Shown: positions 18,661 to 28,754 of the stretch, piece after piece
Position numbering within the stretch: position 1 is the first letter of the stretch
Layout of the letters: every line of letters starts with the position of its first letter
Assembly (NCBI GenBank): GCA_021208605.1
Contig: JAJOJK010000002.1
Location: 37,606 to 101,605 of the forward strand
DNA: 64,000 nucleotides
Reading direction: 5' to 3'
Source of the DNA: Candidatus Woesebacteria bacterium
GTDB lineage: Bacteria > Patescibacteriota > Microgenomatia > UBA1400 > UBA1396
Notes under the pieces: generated by a model
The model's database searches: none
Told to the model about the DNA's origin: nothing
What the model saw: only the letters and a program-made list of their open reading frames with translations
Program-made: the position numbers and the translations under genes

Positions 18661-21366
18661 TTACAGGTACGAACCTTTGGAACGCTTTTTGCCTTTTTCC
18701 TTGGATTTGGCTTTTGTTTTCTTTGGAGTGGAAGTCTTTCGTTTGGTAGGTGTAGCCGTTGCCACAGACTCAGTCGGAGATTCCTCACCGCTGGTCATGT
18801 TGGTTGGCCCTACTTCTTGAATATCCTTTGGCACAGTCGGGGTGACCGGCTTCACTTGAATACGCAGGATGCGGCGCAGCGCTTCGAGCTCAATACGAGA
18901 AATCATCGACTGGAATAAGTTGAAAGCTTCTTTTTTGTATTCAGCCAGAGCCTGTTCTTTTCCGCCCCGAAGCCAAATACTGTCGCGCAAATTGGTCATG
19001 TCATCGAGATGATTCATCCATTGTTCGTCAAGTGTGCTCAAGAAAACATAGAGTTCCACGTCACGCATGGCATTTTCGCCCAGTGTTTTTTCACGCAAGG
19101 CGTAGGTGTCCTGCCACAGTTTGGTCAAGAACGCTATGATTTCGGATGCGGTGGATTTTTCTTTCAGTTGTGACTTGATGCGCTCTAAAGAATTCGTGTC
19201 GAAAGGAATCACACTGGCTAGTTCAGTTGTGAGATTTTGGAGCTCGACGTCATCCCAGCCGTCGTCCTCGCGAGCATGAACGAAGGCGTTGAAATGAGAA
19301 ACAAAAGTGTCTTCCAGGCGGTCTTTGAGTTGAGTGGAAGTCTTCTCTTCTTCGTCAGCTTGCTGCATGCCTTCCAGAATGGAGTTACGGCGGTTATAAA
19401 TGACTTCCCGCTGACGATTCATAACGTCGTCGTACTGCACTAAGTTTTTACGCTGATCAAAGAAGAATCCTTCCACCCGGACCTGAGCCTGAGTGATAGC
19501 TCGAGTAATCAGTGGATTCTCGATCGGCATGTTCTCTTCGATCTTCATGGCGCCCATGATATTTTGAATCTGTTCGCCGCCAAAAATACGCATGATCTCG
19601 TCTTCTAAAGAAACATAAAAGCGAGAAGAACCCGGATCACCCTGACGACCGGCACGACCACGCAGCTGGTTATCGATGCGGCGCGCCTCATGTCGAGCGG
19701 TACCGACAATATGTAAACCACCGCGCTCAATAACTGTATCGTGCTCTTTTTGCCAGTCTCGGCGAGCTTGGTCAAAGTCTTCCTGTGACTCATAGTCACG
19801 CCGCTCTGGTTTGGCGCCACCCAAAACAATGTCGACACCACGTCCGGCAATGTTCGTGGCGACGGTTATAGCACCAGGTTTACCAGCGCTGGCAATAATG
19901 AACGCTTCGCGCTCGTGATTTTTCGCATTGAGCACCTCATGGGCGATCTTTTTGCGTGACAAGAGCGTAGATACGACTTGGTTCTGGTCGATCGAACGGG
20001 TACCAATTAAGATCGGGCGACCGGTGGCATGGACCTCTTCAATTTCTCGTAAAATGGCACTGAATTTTGCTCGTTGCGTTTGAAAAATGACATCAGAATG
20101 ATCACGACGCACGACTGGCTTATTGGTCGGAATAGCCAACACATCCATGTCGTAAATCTGCTGAAACTCTTCCGCTTCGGTAACAGCAGTACCCGACATA
20201 CCGGCCAGTTTGGCGTACAAACGGAAGTAGTTTTGCAAGGAAATGGTGGCCAAGGTGCGCGACTCTTGCTGTACAGTCACACCTTCTTTTGCTTCTATGG
20301 CTTGGTGAAGTCCGTCAGAGTAGCGACGACCTTCCATCAGGCGACCGGTGTGTTCATCAACAATAATCACCTGATTATCACGAACTACGTAGTCCACATC
20401 GCGCTCAAACACAGTTTGCGCTTTGAGAGCTTGCTCCACGTGATGAATAACAGAAAAATCTTCTTCGTACAGATTCTTTACTCCGAGTAAGCGCTCGAGT
20501 CGTTTCACGCCCAGATCGGTCAAGGCGGCGGTTTTCATCTTTTCGTCGACTTGGTAGTCGGCTTTTGAGGTCAGTTTTTTGACCAGTTGCGCAAACTCGC
20601 GATACTTCTCGGTTGGTTCGGCATCAGGCGCGGAAATGATTAAGGGAGTACGGGCTTCGTCAATCAAAATAGAGTCGGCCTCGTCAACAATAGCGAAGTG
20701 GTGTGCCACTTGTACTTGGTCAGCCTTGCGTTGGGCCATGTTATCCCGGAGATAGTCAAAACCGAACTCGTTATTGGTTCCATAGGTAATGTCGGCTTCA
20801 TATGCCTGGCGGCGAGTAACATGGCGAAAATGTTCTAAACGCTCGTCACCACGCTCTTTGCCAGTAAACTCCGCGTCATACATGTAGGATACGTCGTGTC
20901 CAATCACCGCTACCGACATATCAAGAAACTCATACAACGGGCCCATCCACCCGGCACCCACTTGAGCCAGATAGTCGTTGACGGTTACTAAGTGCGCGCC
21001 TTTGCCTTCGAGGGCGTTCAAATAGAGCGCGGTGGTGGCGGAAAGCGTTTTTCCTTCACCCGTTTTTTGTTCGGCTACTTTGCCTTCGTGAAAAGCAATA
21101 CCGGCCATCAACTGCACATCATAGTGGCGCATTCCCAAAACCCGGTGGGCCGCCTCGCGCACGGTAGCAAAGGCTTCTGGCAGAAGTAACTCGAGTGTTT
21201 CACCGGTTTCGCGGCGTTTCTTGAATTCCGCGGTTTTCGCTTTCAGTTCACTGTCAGAGAGTTTTTTGAAAGTGTCTTCTAACTCGTTGATACGGGCGAT
21301 CACTTTTTCGTAGCGACCGAGCGTACGGGACTGAACATCAAAAATAGACTGTAAAAAATCAAACAT
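18661..21366 (-). CDS. secA: Preprotein translocase ATPase SecA
   Basis: 901 aa with DEAD-motor motifs (GEGKT...) and a Lys-rich C-terminus lacking the Zn-finger Cys. Confidence 0.92.
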   Translation of the reverse strand: MFDFLQSIFDVQSRTLGRYEKVIARINELEDTFKKLSDSELKAKTAEFKKRRETGETLELLLPEAFATVREAAHRVLGMRHYDVQLMAGIAFHEGKVAEQKTGEGKTLSATTALYLNALEGKGAHLVTVNDYLAQVGAGWMGPLYEFLDMSVAVIGHDVSYMYDAEFTGKERGDERLEHFRHVTRRQAYEADITYGTNNEFGFDYLRDNMAQRKADQVQVAHHFAIVDEADSILIDEARTPLIISAPDAEPTEKYREFAQLVKKLTSKADYQVDEKMKTAALTDLGVKRLERLLGVKNLYEEDFSVIHHVEQALKAQTVFERDVDYVVRDNQVIIVDEHTGRLMEGRRYSDGLHQAIEAKEGVTVQQESRTLATISLQNYFRLYAKLAGMSGTAVTEAEEFQQIYDMDVLAIPTNKPVVRRDHSDVIFQTQRAKFSAILREIEEVHATGRPILIGTRSIDQNQVVSTLLSRKKIAHEVLNAKNHEREAFIIASAGKPGAITVATNIAGRGVDIVLGGAKPERRDYESQEDFDQARRDWQKEHDTVIERGGLHIVGTARHEARRIDNQLRGRAGRQGDPGSSRFYVSLEDEIMRIFGGEQIQNIMGAMKIEENMPIENPLITRAITQAQVRVEGFFFDQRKNLVQYDDVMNRQREVIYNRRNSILEGMQQADEEEKTSTQLKDRLEDTFVSHFNAFVHAREDDGWDDVELQNLTTELASVIPFDTNSLERIKSQLKEKSTASEIIAFLTKLWQDTYALREKTLGENAMRDVELYVFLSTLDEQWMNHLDDMTNLRDSIWLRGGKEQALAEYKKEAFNLFQSMISRIELEALRRILRIQVKPVTPTVPKDIQEVGPTNMTSGEESPTESVATATPTKRKTSTPKKTKAKSKEKGKKRSKGSYL

Positions 21367-21373
21367 AGGCGGA

Positions 21374-22828
21374 TTATACTCGTTCTTTCATTTCTTCAAG
21401 ACGGCGAAGCAGTTGCTCGCGATCATTTTTTTGCGGATCTTCGAATACTTCTTCAAAGAGATCTCGCAACACCTGGCCAATACGTGGCCCAGGTGGAATA
21501 TCCAGTATACGCATCACATCTTCTCCATCAACTGCCATATCTTTAATTTGCATGGGTTGATTGAGTTCAGCGTCGATTCGTTCCTTCATTTCTTCCAGGC
21601 GCCAACTCGTGCGCTTACTGCCGCTACCCAGGCGATCGCCTTCACGCAGGGCCATAATGTCATCAATATTTTCATGGCCTATGCGACGAATAAACCGTCG
21701 AATGGCGCTATCAGTCATATCTGGCTGGTAGTGGAACATGTGCCAGCGCACCAAAATAAAAATGCGTTGGACGTCGTTTTTTGAGAGTCGAAGCCGGCGA
21801 GCAATATCCCGCGCTGTACGAGCTCCAATAACTTCGTGGTTATAAAAACTGAACTCGCCGTCCGAGTGAGGCAACGGCTTCTGTGTTTCTGGCTTGGCAA
21901 TGTCATGCAGTAAAGCGGCCAAACGCACCACCGGATCATTGGAAGGACACAACTGACAAGCTCGCAATGAATGCAGCCAAACATCATGTTCATGGTGACC
22001 ACGCTGATCAATTCCGCGCGTCTCCAACAGTTCAGGAATAATGTGTTTGAGTAAACCAGTTGTGTAAAGGATGGTCATGGCGTCTTCGACGTTGTCGGTC
22101 ACAAGAATTTGTAAAAACTCGTCACGAATCCGCTCGAACGATATATTCTGAATACGATCGGCGTGTTTTTGCAAAGCTATAAGTGTCATTTGATCAATAG
22201 AAAATTGCAGTTGAGCGGCAAAACGAACGCCACGAAGCATTCGCAAGGCATCTTCCTCAAAACGAATAGTAGGATCACCAACCGCTACGATCCGGTGTTC
22301 TTGAATTGCTTTTACCCCTTCAAATGGATCAATCACCTGTACAGTGACGGTAATTTCATCCGGCGCTGTGGCAAAATTCTCGAGAAGAGAACTCGATTCT
22401 TTCCAGTCAGTGACGCGAAAGGCGATAGCGTTCATAGTGAAGTCGCGTCGCTTGAGATCTTCTTGCACTGTTTTACCCCATTCGACTGCTTCTGGACGCC
22501 GACTGTCGCGGTAGACGCCTTCTGTGCGGTACGTGGTAATTTCAAAGACCCAGTTGTCGGATTTCGCAAACTCCACGTGTGATGACTGCAGCTGCTCCCA
22601 TATATGTTCACGGGCGACACCGACCGTACCAAATGAGTTTTCATAAAAACTTTCGGGAAACAGAGCCTGTATCTCTTCGGGCTGAGCATTGGTTGTAAAA
22701 TCCCAGTCATGGGTGGGTCGCTGAAGAAAAACGTCCCGCACGGCGCCGCCCACAATATGAGCTTCGAATCCGGCGTTTTCCAGAGTAATGACCGTGGCCA
22801 AAACTTCTTTGGGGACCTGAATTTTCAT
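21374..22828 (-). CDS. cca: CCA-adding tRNA nucleotidyltransferase with HD domain
   Basis: Pol-beta head GGAVRD with DxD, plus the HD motif HDIAKP. Confidence 0.8.
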   Translation of the reverse strand: MKIQVPKEVLATVITLENAGFEAHIVGGAVRDVFLQRPTHDWDFTTNAQPEEIQALFPESFYENSFGTVGVAREHIWEQLQSSHVEFAKSDNWVFEITTYRTEGVYRDSRRPEAVEWGKTVQEDLKRRDFTMNAIAFRVTDWKESSSLLENFATAPDEITVTVQVIDPFEGVKAIQEHRIVAVGDPTIRFEEDALRMLRGVRFAAQLQFSIDQMTLIALQKHADRIQNISFERIRDEFLQILVTDNVEDAMTILYTTGLLKHIIPELLETRGIDQRGHHEHDVWLHSLRACQLCPSNDPVVRLAALLHDIAKPETQKPLPHSDGEFSFYNHEVIGARTARDIARRLRLSKNDVQRIFILVRWHMFHYQPDMTDSAIRRFIRRIGHENIDDIMALREGDRLGSGSKRTSWRLEEMKERIDAELNQPMQIKDMAVDGEDVMRILDIPPGPRIGQVLRDLFEEVFEDPQKNDREQLLRRLEEMKERV

Positions 22829-22871
22829 ACTCTGTCATCCTACCACGATTTGGACAAAAACTTGAGTCAAA

Positions 22872-24530
22872 ATGAAAGAAAGAGTACGCTGGGCAAACAC
22901 TATGCAGATTCAAAAAAATATTTCATCACCGTTCACCACACAGGAAGAACTCCGCGCTGGTTTACTCTCAAGAATTCCGGAGAATCGCCGCGCTCAGTTC
23001 TTTTCTCCGGCTCCTCCAGGCACACTGACAGCTGAACTTCACGGCCTTGATGAAGGCGCTCTAGCCGCCGCCAAAAACCGCCTGCAAACAGCGATTGAAA
23101 AACAAGAAAAGGTCCTCATTTTTGGTGACTACGATTGTGACGGCGTAACCGCTACCGCGGTTCTCTGGGAAACATTGGCCGAAAGTGGACTGACTGCCCG
23201 ACCATTTCTCCCGCATCGTGAGCGTCATGGGTACGGACTTTCGGTGACCGCGTTAGAAGAGATTTTTTCCGAGTATCAGCCAGATCTGGTGGTCACTGTG
23301 GACAATGGCATTGTGGCTCACGAGGCATTCGCTTGGCTCAAAGAGAAAGGGGTCGATACTATTCTGACTGACCATCACACATCCGATGGTACTGTGCCAC
23401 CAGCTGACATTGTCGTGCACTCCACTCAGCTGGCTGGAGTCACCGTTGCCTGGATGCTTGCACATGCCCTCAATCCCGAATCTGCGGCCACTAAACTTGA
23501 TTACGCTGTGCTCGGAACACTGGCTGATCAGGTACCGCTGTACGGTGCCAATCGCAGTTTTGCGCTCCATGGCTTAGCGGCCTTACGAAATACTCAACGC
23601 AGAAGTCTTTTAGCGTTAGCCGAAGCAGCTGGCACCAGACTTTCCGAAGCGACTGCAGAAACAGTTCACTTTTTGCTCGCTCCACGCATTAACGCCATGG
23701 GTCGTCTGGGAGATGCGATGGATGCCTTACGCGCTCTGGTGTCCAAACAACCAGAACGGACCCATCAACTGGTGAAAGCGCTGCAAGAAACGAATCGCTC
23801 GCGTCAGGAACTGACTTCTGATTTGTATGAGGAGGTCATTTCTTCACTATCAGGAAAACACGAGCAGGAACATCTTGTGGTAGTCAGCGGAGAATTTCAT
23901 GAAGGCATTATCGGTTTACTAGCGAGCAAGATCGTTGATACTACTCATAAACCCGCCATTGTGATCTCCACTTTAGGGGAAACGGCCAAGGCCTCTGTGC
24001 GTTCGGTCCCAGGAGTAAATATTGTGGAATTCTTGCGCGACCAAGCTGAAAGCGTTCCGTACGTGGCTCTTGGCGGACATGCCATGGCTGCCGGGTTTTC
24101 TATTCCGCTTGATACGCTCGAAACTACACAACGGCATTTAGAAACCGCCGCCCGTGCTACTATTTCGCCTGATTTGTTGGTACCGAGTATTGAAGTGATT
24201 GGTGCACTGGATTGGTCACTCTTGCGAGGCGAAACTTTGCTGACATTACAAGAATTTGCTCCGTTTGGAGCTGGCAATGAAACACCGAGTTTCTTACTGG
24301 AAGACATTGAGATCCGCGACTATCGACCAGTTGGCCGGGACGGATCACATTGGCTTTTAACTCTTGCTGATCCCAGGAGCGGTCTCCCGACCAAAGCGAT
24401 CTACTTCCGCGCTGCCGAGAAAATAACCGAGCCACTCCATACGTATCGCCACGCTGTGGTCGAGCTTTCACCAAGCAACTACCGCGGCAAGGATGTTGAC
24501 ATTGTGGTTCGAGCGGTTTTAGCGGGTTGA
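22872..24530 (+). CDS. recJ: Single-stranded-DNA-specific exonuclease RecJ (DHH/DHHA1)
   Basis: Motifs IFGDYDCDGVTA, TVDNG, LTDHH and a GGH-containing DHHA1 region. The real start is probably the MQIQKN codon near 22902. Confidence 0.85.
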   Translation: MKERVRWANTMQIQKNISSPFTTQEELRAGLLSRIPENRRAQFFSPAPPGTLTAELHGLDEGALAAAKNRLQTAIEKQEKVLIFGDYDCDGVTATAVLWETLAESGLTARPFLPHRERHGYGLSVTALEEIFSEYQPDLVVTVDNGIVAHEAFAWLKEKGVDTILTDHHTSDGTVPPADIVVHSTQLAGVTVAWMLAHALNPESAATKLDYAVLGTLADQVPLYGANRSFALHGLAALRNTQRRSLLALAEAAGTRLSEATAETVHFLLAPRINAMGRLGDAMDALRALVSKQPERTHQLVKALQETNRSRQELTSDLYEEVISSLSGKHEQEHLVVVSGEFHEGIIGLLASKIVDTTHKPAIVISTLGETAKASVRSVPGVNIVEFLRDQAESVPYVALGGHAMAAGFSIPLDTLETTQRHLETAARATISPDLLVPSIEVIGALDWSLLRGETLLTLQEFAPFGAGNETPSFLLEDIEIRDYRPVGRDGSHWLLTLADPRSGLPTKAIYFRAAEKITEPLHTYRHAVVELSPSNYRGKDVDIVVRAVLAG

Positions 24531-24905
24531 GGCATTATCATTTCGATATTTGCCTGAAAAGTCCTCAGAACCATTGAGTGTCGTAACAAAAACTGGATTT
24601 AATTGTACGTCTGGTTGATATCCATGACAGTAGATAAACATTGCACTGTTTAAACCTAATAAGAGTTGTTTGTCTGATTCATTTGTAAAATCAAAATTAA
24701 CATCTTGAAAAGTAATAGTACTTATTTCTTGCGAAAGAACTCCAATTAATCTACAACTCATATGTCCTCTACTTGCAACTGTATCTACATAAGCTAATAC
24801 GAGACCCACGACAGGAAAATCTTCTCGTGTAATTCGTTTCATTTTGGCAATGTAATATAAATGGTCTTTTGATATCTCTCTCTTTTGTTCTTGTTCATAT
24901 GACAT
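24519..24905 (-). CDS. Hypothetical protein (128 aa) in an AT-rich segment, preceded by a terminator/antiterminator leader
   Basis: ORF with a strong SD (AGGAG) 7 nt before the ATG. No recognisable motif. Its 3' end overlaps recJ. Confidence 0.5.
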   Translation of the reverse strand: MSYEQEQKREISKDHLYYIAKMKRITREDFPVVGLVLAYVDTVASRGHMSCRLIGVLSQEISTITFQDVNFDFTNESDKQLLLGLNSAMFIYCHGYQPDVQLNPVFVTTLNGSEDFSGKYRNDNASTR

Positions 24906-24926
24906 TTCTTCTCCTTACTCCATAAA

Positions 24927-24955
24927 AAAACCCGGCGCTTGTGTCCGGGGTTTTG
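24927..24955 (-). terminator. Intrinsic terminator hairpin plus T7 tract immediately upstream of the 24519..24905 gene (attenuator-type expression platform)
   Basis: On the minus strand, CCCGG-acacaagcg-CCGGG is followed by TTTTTTT, ending about 20 nt before the RBS. The upstream tract AGCCGGGGT can pair alternatively with the 5' arm to form an antiterminator. Confidence 0.55.
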
Positions 24956-25180
24956 CTTTGGTTTATTCCTTTTTGTTAGGCTTTCGTCAGCATACCCCGG
25001 CTATTCCACGCAAATTGGCGGAGAGTAATAGTAAGAACCGGTGTATGGTACGTGTGGCGTAACATGAGAGCACTAGTATACGCGTTGTGGCTCATATTGC
25101 AAGATTGAGCCTGATTTCCTAAGAGTCATACAAAAAGTCCTGTTGCGCGGTCTGTAAGAAAACTGTCACAATGATCGACG
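24956..25180 (-). ncRNA. Candidate cis-regulatory leader (riboswitch or attenuator), class unknown
   Basis: A roughly 225-nt non-coding stretch lies between the dacA-like gene (plus strand) and the terminator hairpin. It contains no ORF of 60 aa or more and has mutually exclusive terminator and antiterminator pairings. Confidence 0.35.
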
Positions 25181-25181
25181 T

Positions 25182-26177
25182 ATGGAATCTCTCCAGCGAC
25201 TGCGTCAATATTTGTGGCTTTTTCTCTTGTGGTTTGTGGTCGTTGGTATTGGCGTTATCGGTTCTTTTTGGGAATATTGCCAGGAGAAAAACCTGCCCGT
25301 AACCGTAGCTCCAGCCGCTGAAACACTGTTGACACCAGAAATTACTCTGCCAGCACTTGATTCAGTAGCTACTCCGCCGGCGTACACCGCGCAATCAGTG
25401 TGGCTGTATGACCGGAATTCTGGAAGCGTGCTCTATGAAGATAACGCCCATACCGCTACTTCGGTGGCTTCACTTGCTAAGCTTATGACAGCTCTGGTGA
25501 GTTACGAAGAGTTTTCTCTCGATGATAGTGTTCCCATTGGAACTTCTGCCGCTGCCTTAGGAAACCGTGCTAAATTCTTCTCTTCAGATGTTTTCTCGGT
25601 ATACGATCTCCTCCATGCCATGCTCATTTTCTCGGCAAACGACGCCGCAGAAGCCCTCAGTCGAGCCTACCCAGGCGACATGGATGCCTTTGTCCAGGCC
25701 ATGAATGCACGAGCAGCTTCTCTCGGACTGACCAATACCCAGTTTTCCAACCCATCCGGGCTAGACCACTCCAATCAATACTCAACCGCTGCAGATATTG
25801 GTCGAATTGCCAACACGGTATTGGAAATTCCGCTTTTGTCCCAGATTGTATCGCAGCCAGTACAACAGATTCGCGAACAACGCACTGGCCGAATCGACAC
25901 TGTTTACACCACAAATGCCTTGCTCTATCGACATCCACGCTATCGCGGCATGAAAACAGGCACAACAGAAATGGCCGGCGAAAGCTTAGTGGTGCGTATA
26001 GTTCCTCCAGAAGACGATATCTTGCTTCTTGGCGCCTCCCCCTCTGCGCAAAGAGAGTCGGCATCCTACGACTTACTCCTCGTGATACTTGGGAGTGAAA
26101 ATCGCTTTGATGAAGCCGAACTTCTGACTGAGTGGGCTCTTGCCACGCTTCAACTACAGAATCAAGAGAATTTCTAG
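25182..26177 (+). CDS. D-alanyl-D-alanine carboxypeptidase (S11, PBP5-like)
   Basis: Motifs SLAKLMT (SxxK), SAND (SxN) and MKTGTT (KTG), with an N-terminal TM/signal. Confidence 0.8.
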   Translation: MESLQRLRQYLWLFLLWFVVVGIGVIGSFWEYCQEKNLPVTVAPAAETLLTPEITLPALDSVATPPAYTAQSVWLYDRNSGSVLYEDNAHTATSVASLAKLMTALVSYEEFSLDDSVPIGTSAAALGNRAKFFSSDVFSVYDLLHAMLIFSANDAAEALSRAYPGDMDAFVQAMNARAASLGLTNTQFSNPSGLDHSNQYSTAADIGRIANTVLEIPLLSQIVSQPVQQIREQRTGRIDTVYTTNALLYRHPRYRGMKTGTTEMAGESLVVRIVPPEDDILLLGASPSAQRESASYDLLLVILGSENRFDEAELLTEWALATLQLQNQENF

Positions 26178-26189
26178 TATCATAGTGAT

Positions 26190-27263
26190 ATGCCAGCCTC
26201 AAACAGTGATTACTCTCTCACCAATTTTGCCAAGTATGGCCGACTTGCCGTCATTTACGGTCTTATTGGTTTAGTTGTTTTGATTGTTGGCCGCTCACTT
26301 TTATCGACATCCGTATCTGTCTTCAAGGCATTAAATCCGCCACCAACCCCCGGACCAACTATGGGATTTGGATACTTACCCAAACCGGCTTTTCCAAATC
26401 AGATTGCGGAAGATCGGCCAACCAGCTATCGCCTCGATACCGTTGGACAAACCTTACCCAATTTTGGCACGCAAGTTCCGGTGTACTTTATGCCATCGGC
26501 CCAGCCCAATTTATTGGCATTAGATAGTGCCAAGGAAACAGCTGCCTCGTTAGGATTCGTATTTGCCCCAGAAAAGATATCGGCCGAAGAGTATCGCTGG
26601 CGACGAAGCACCCCGATCCCCGCTACCCTAGAAATGAATATCGTGACGAAGCATCTGGATTTAGATGTCGACTGGGCTTCTTCTGTTTCGTTACTCGATA
26701 AAAAAATGATTCCCACACCGGAACAGCTCACCTTAGAAACTCGCAGCCTCTTGCGATCAGCCAATCTTTTGCCTGCTGACATCGCTACCGCTTCCCCCGA
26801 TATTACCTACATTCGGGCTCTGGGCGGGGAGCTCCAACCAGTTAGCAGTGTTTCGGAAGCCGACTTTGTGCGCGTCGATATTTTCCGCCTTGCACCAAAC
26901 GATTTCCCGACGGTAACTTCTGAACAGGATCGTGGCGTTATCCGAGTACTCTTCTCTGGCAGTCGTGAACAGGGAGAACGGGTGTTGCGGCTCGAGTCTG
27001 ATTACAGCTCTGTTGATTGGTCGAACTTTGAAACCTATCCGCTCCAGTCTGCCCAGTTGGCTTGGCAAGCGCTGCAAGCAGGCGAAGGCTTTATCGTGAC
27101 TCCACCTCGAGGAGATGAAGCAGTGATTAGAGAAGTCACGCTGGCTTACTACGAACCTACCCAACTGCAAAATTACTACCAGCCAGTCTATGTCTTTAGC
27201 GGTGATGACAACTTCCGGGCATACGTTCCGGCACTCGATAGTCGTATCTACAATACGAACTAA
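26190..27263 (+). CDS. Membrane-anchored hypothetical protein (357 aa), apparently co-operonic with the carboxypeptidase
   Basis: N-terminal TM helix, Pro-rich linker and a large extracytoplasmic domain. No motif recognised. Confidence 0.5.
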   Translation: MPASNSDYSLTNFAKYGRLAVIYGLIGLVVLIVGRSLLSTSVSVFKALNPPPTPGPTMGFGYLPKPAFPNQIAEDRPTSYRLDTVGQTLPNFGTQVPVYFMPSAQPNLLALDSAKETAASLGFVFAPEKISAEEYRWRRSTPIPATLEMNIVTKHLDLDVDWASSVSLLDKKMIPTPEQLTLETRSLLRSANLLPADIATASPDITYIRALGGELQPVSSVSEADFVRVDIFRLAPNDFPTVTSEQDRGVIRVLFSGSREQGERVLRLESDYSSVDWSNFETYPLQSAQLAWQALQAGEGFIVTPPRGDEAVIREVTLAYYEPTQLQNYYQPVYVFSGDDNFRAYVPALDSRIYNTN

Positions 27264-27272
27264 GAGTCCTGG

Positions 27273-27301
27273 TTCGATTCGCTTCCCATTTGTGGCATAA
27301 T
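27273..27301 (+). promoter_or_regulatory. sigma70-like promoter TTCGAT-N17-CATAAT; the gltX mRNA is predicted to be essentially leaderless
   Basis: The -10 ends 7 nt before the gltX ATG (27309), and no SD is present. Confidence 0.35.
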
Positions 27302-27308
27302 ACACAGC

Positions 27309-28754
27309 ATGTCTGACACACCTATTCGCACTCGTATTGCCCCATCTCCCACCGGAATTGCTCATGTAGGCACGCTCTACATCGCACTTTTCAACTACGC
27401 CTTTGCCAAGCAACATGGTGGACAATTTATTGTTCGTATTGAAGACACCGATCGCAATCGTTTTGTGGAGGGCGCCGAAGAAGTCATTTTTGAAGCACTG
27501 GAATGGGCCGGAATTGTTCCCGACGAAAGTGTGGTACATGGTGGAGAGTATGGTCCCTATCGCCAATCTGAGCGCCTTGAGACGTATCAACAATACGTGG
27601 AACAACTCATTGAACAAGGTGATGCCTACTATTGTTTCTGTACTTCAGAGCGCCTGGCCGACATGCGCGCCGCTCAACAAGCCGCAAAACAGCCACCAAA
27701 ATATGATCGTCACTGCTTGCATACGTATTCTTTGGAAGAAGCGCGCCAAAAAGTTGCTGCTGGAGAGCAGTACGTAGTGAGATTGCGTGTGCCAGAAGGT
27801 AAATCCCAGTGGACGGATATGATTCGCGGTGATGTGGAGATTGACCACGCGCAGATCGACGACCAAGTCCTCCTGAAGTCTGACGGCTTCCCCACGTATC
27901 ACATGGCCGTGGTGGTCGATGATCACTTGATGGGAATTACTCATGTCATGCGCGGTGAAGAATGGATTAGCTCGACACCAAAGCATCTTATTCTGTACGA
28001 AAAACTGGGCTTTCCTGTTCCTCAGTATGCCCATATGCCTCTGCTGCGTAACACCGATAAATCGAAGCTTTCCAAACGAAAAAATGATGTCTCCATTGTC
28101 AGCTATCGCGATAAAGGCTATTTGCCACAAGCTTTACTGAACTTCTTGATGTTGCTCGGATGGTCTCATCCTGACAACAAAGAATTCCCCATCTCTTTGG
28201 AAGAATTTGTGCGCGTTTTTGATATGGATCGAATGCAAAAAACCGGACCCGTTTTTGACGTTGAGAAACTCAATTGGATGAACGGAAAATACCTCCGTGA
28301 AGTACTTTCCCAAACTGAAGTAGCCGAAAGAGTACAACAGTACTTGCCAGAAAATTATCCGGTAGAAAATATTCCGTTGTATCTGCCATTGGTGCTGGAT
28401 CGCATGGGCACTCTGCTCGATTTTGCTGATCTAACTGACTTTTTCTATCAAGACACCGCGATCGACACCGACCAATTGCTCAAAAAAGGCGCAACTCCAG
28501 AGCTCGTAGTGCAACAACTCCAAGAAACAGCAACGGCTCTAGAGGCCTTACCGGAATGGAAACACGAGACTATTGAAACAGCTGTCCGCGCTTTGCAAGA
28601 ACTGCATACCTGGAAAAAAGGTCAGTACTTTATGATGCTCCGCTTGGCTGCCACCGGCCGCAAAGCAACGCCGCCTCTTTTTGAAACGATTCATGCTATT
28701 GGCAAGGAACGTGTATTGGGACGTTTCGCTGATTGTATAGAAACTTTGCGCTAG
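27309..28754 (+). CDS. gltX: Glutamyl-tRNA synthetase
   Basis: Motifs PSPTGIAHVGT (HIGH-type) and KLSKRKN (KMSKS-type). Confidence 0.9.
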   Translation: MSDTPIRTRIAPSPTGIAHVGTLYIALFNYAFAKQHGGQFIVRIEDTDRNRFVEGAEEVIFEALEWAGIVPDESVVHGGEYGPYRQSERLETYQQYVEQLIEQGDAYYCFCTSERLADMRAAQQAAKQPPKYDRHCLHTYSLEEARQKVAAGEQYVVRLRVPEGKSQWTDMIRGDVEIDHAQIDDQVLLKSDGFPTYHMAVVVDDHLMGITHVMRGEEWISSTPKHLILYEKLGFPVPQYAHMPLLRNTDKSKLSKRKNDVSIVSYRDKGYLPQALLNFLMLLGWSHPDNKEFPISLEEFVRVFDMDRMQKTGPVFDVEKLNWMNGKYLREVLSQTEVAERVQQYLPENYPVENIPLYLPLVLDRMGTLLDFADLTDFFYQDTAIDTDQLLKKGATPELVVQQLQETATALEALPEWKHETIETAVRALQELHTWKKGQYFMMLRLAATGRKATPPLFETIHAIGKERVLGRFADCIETLR

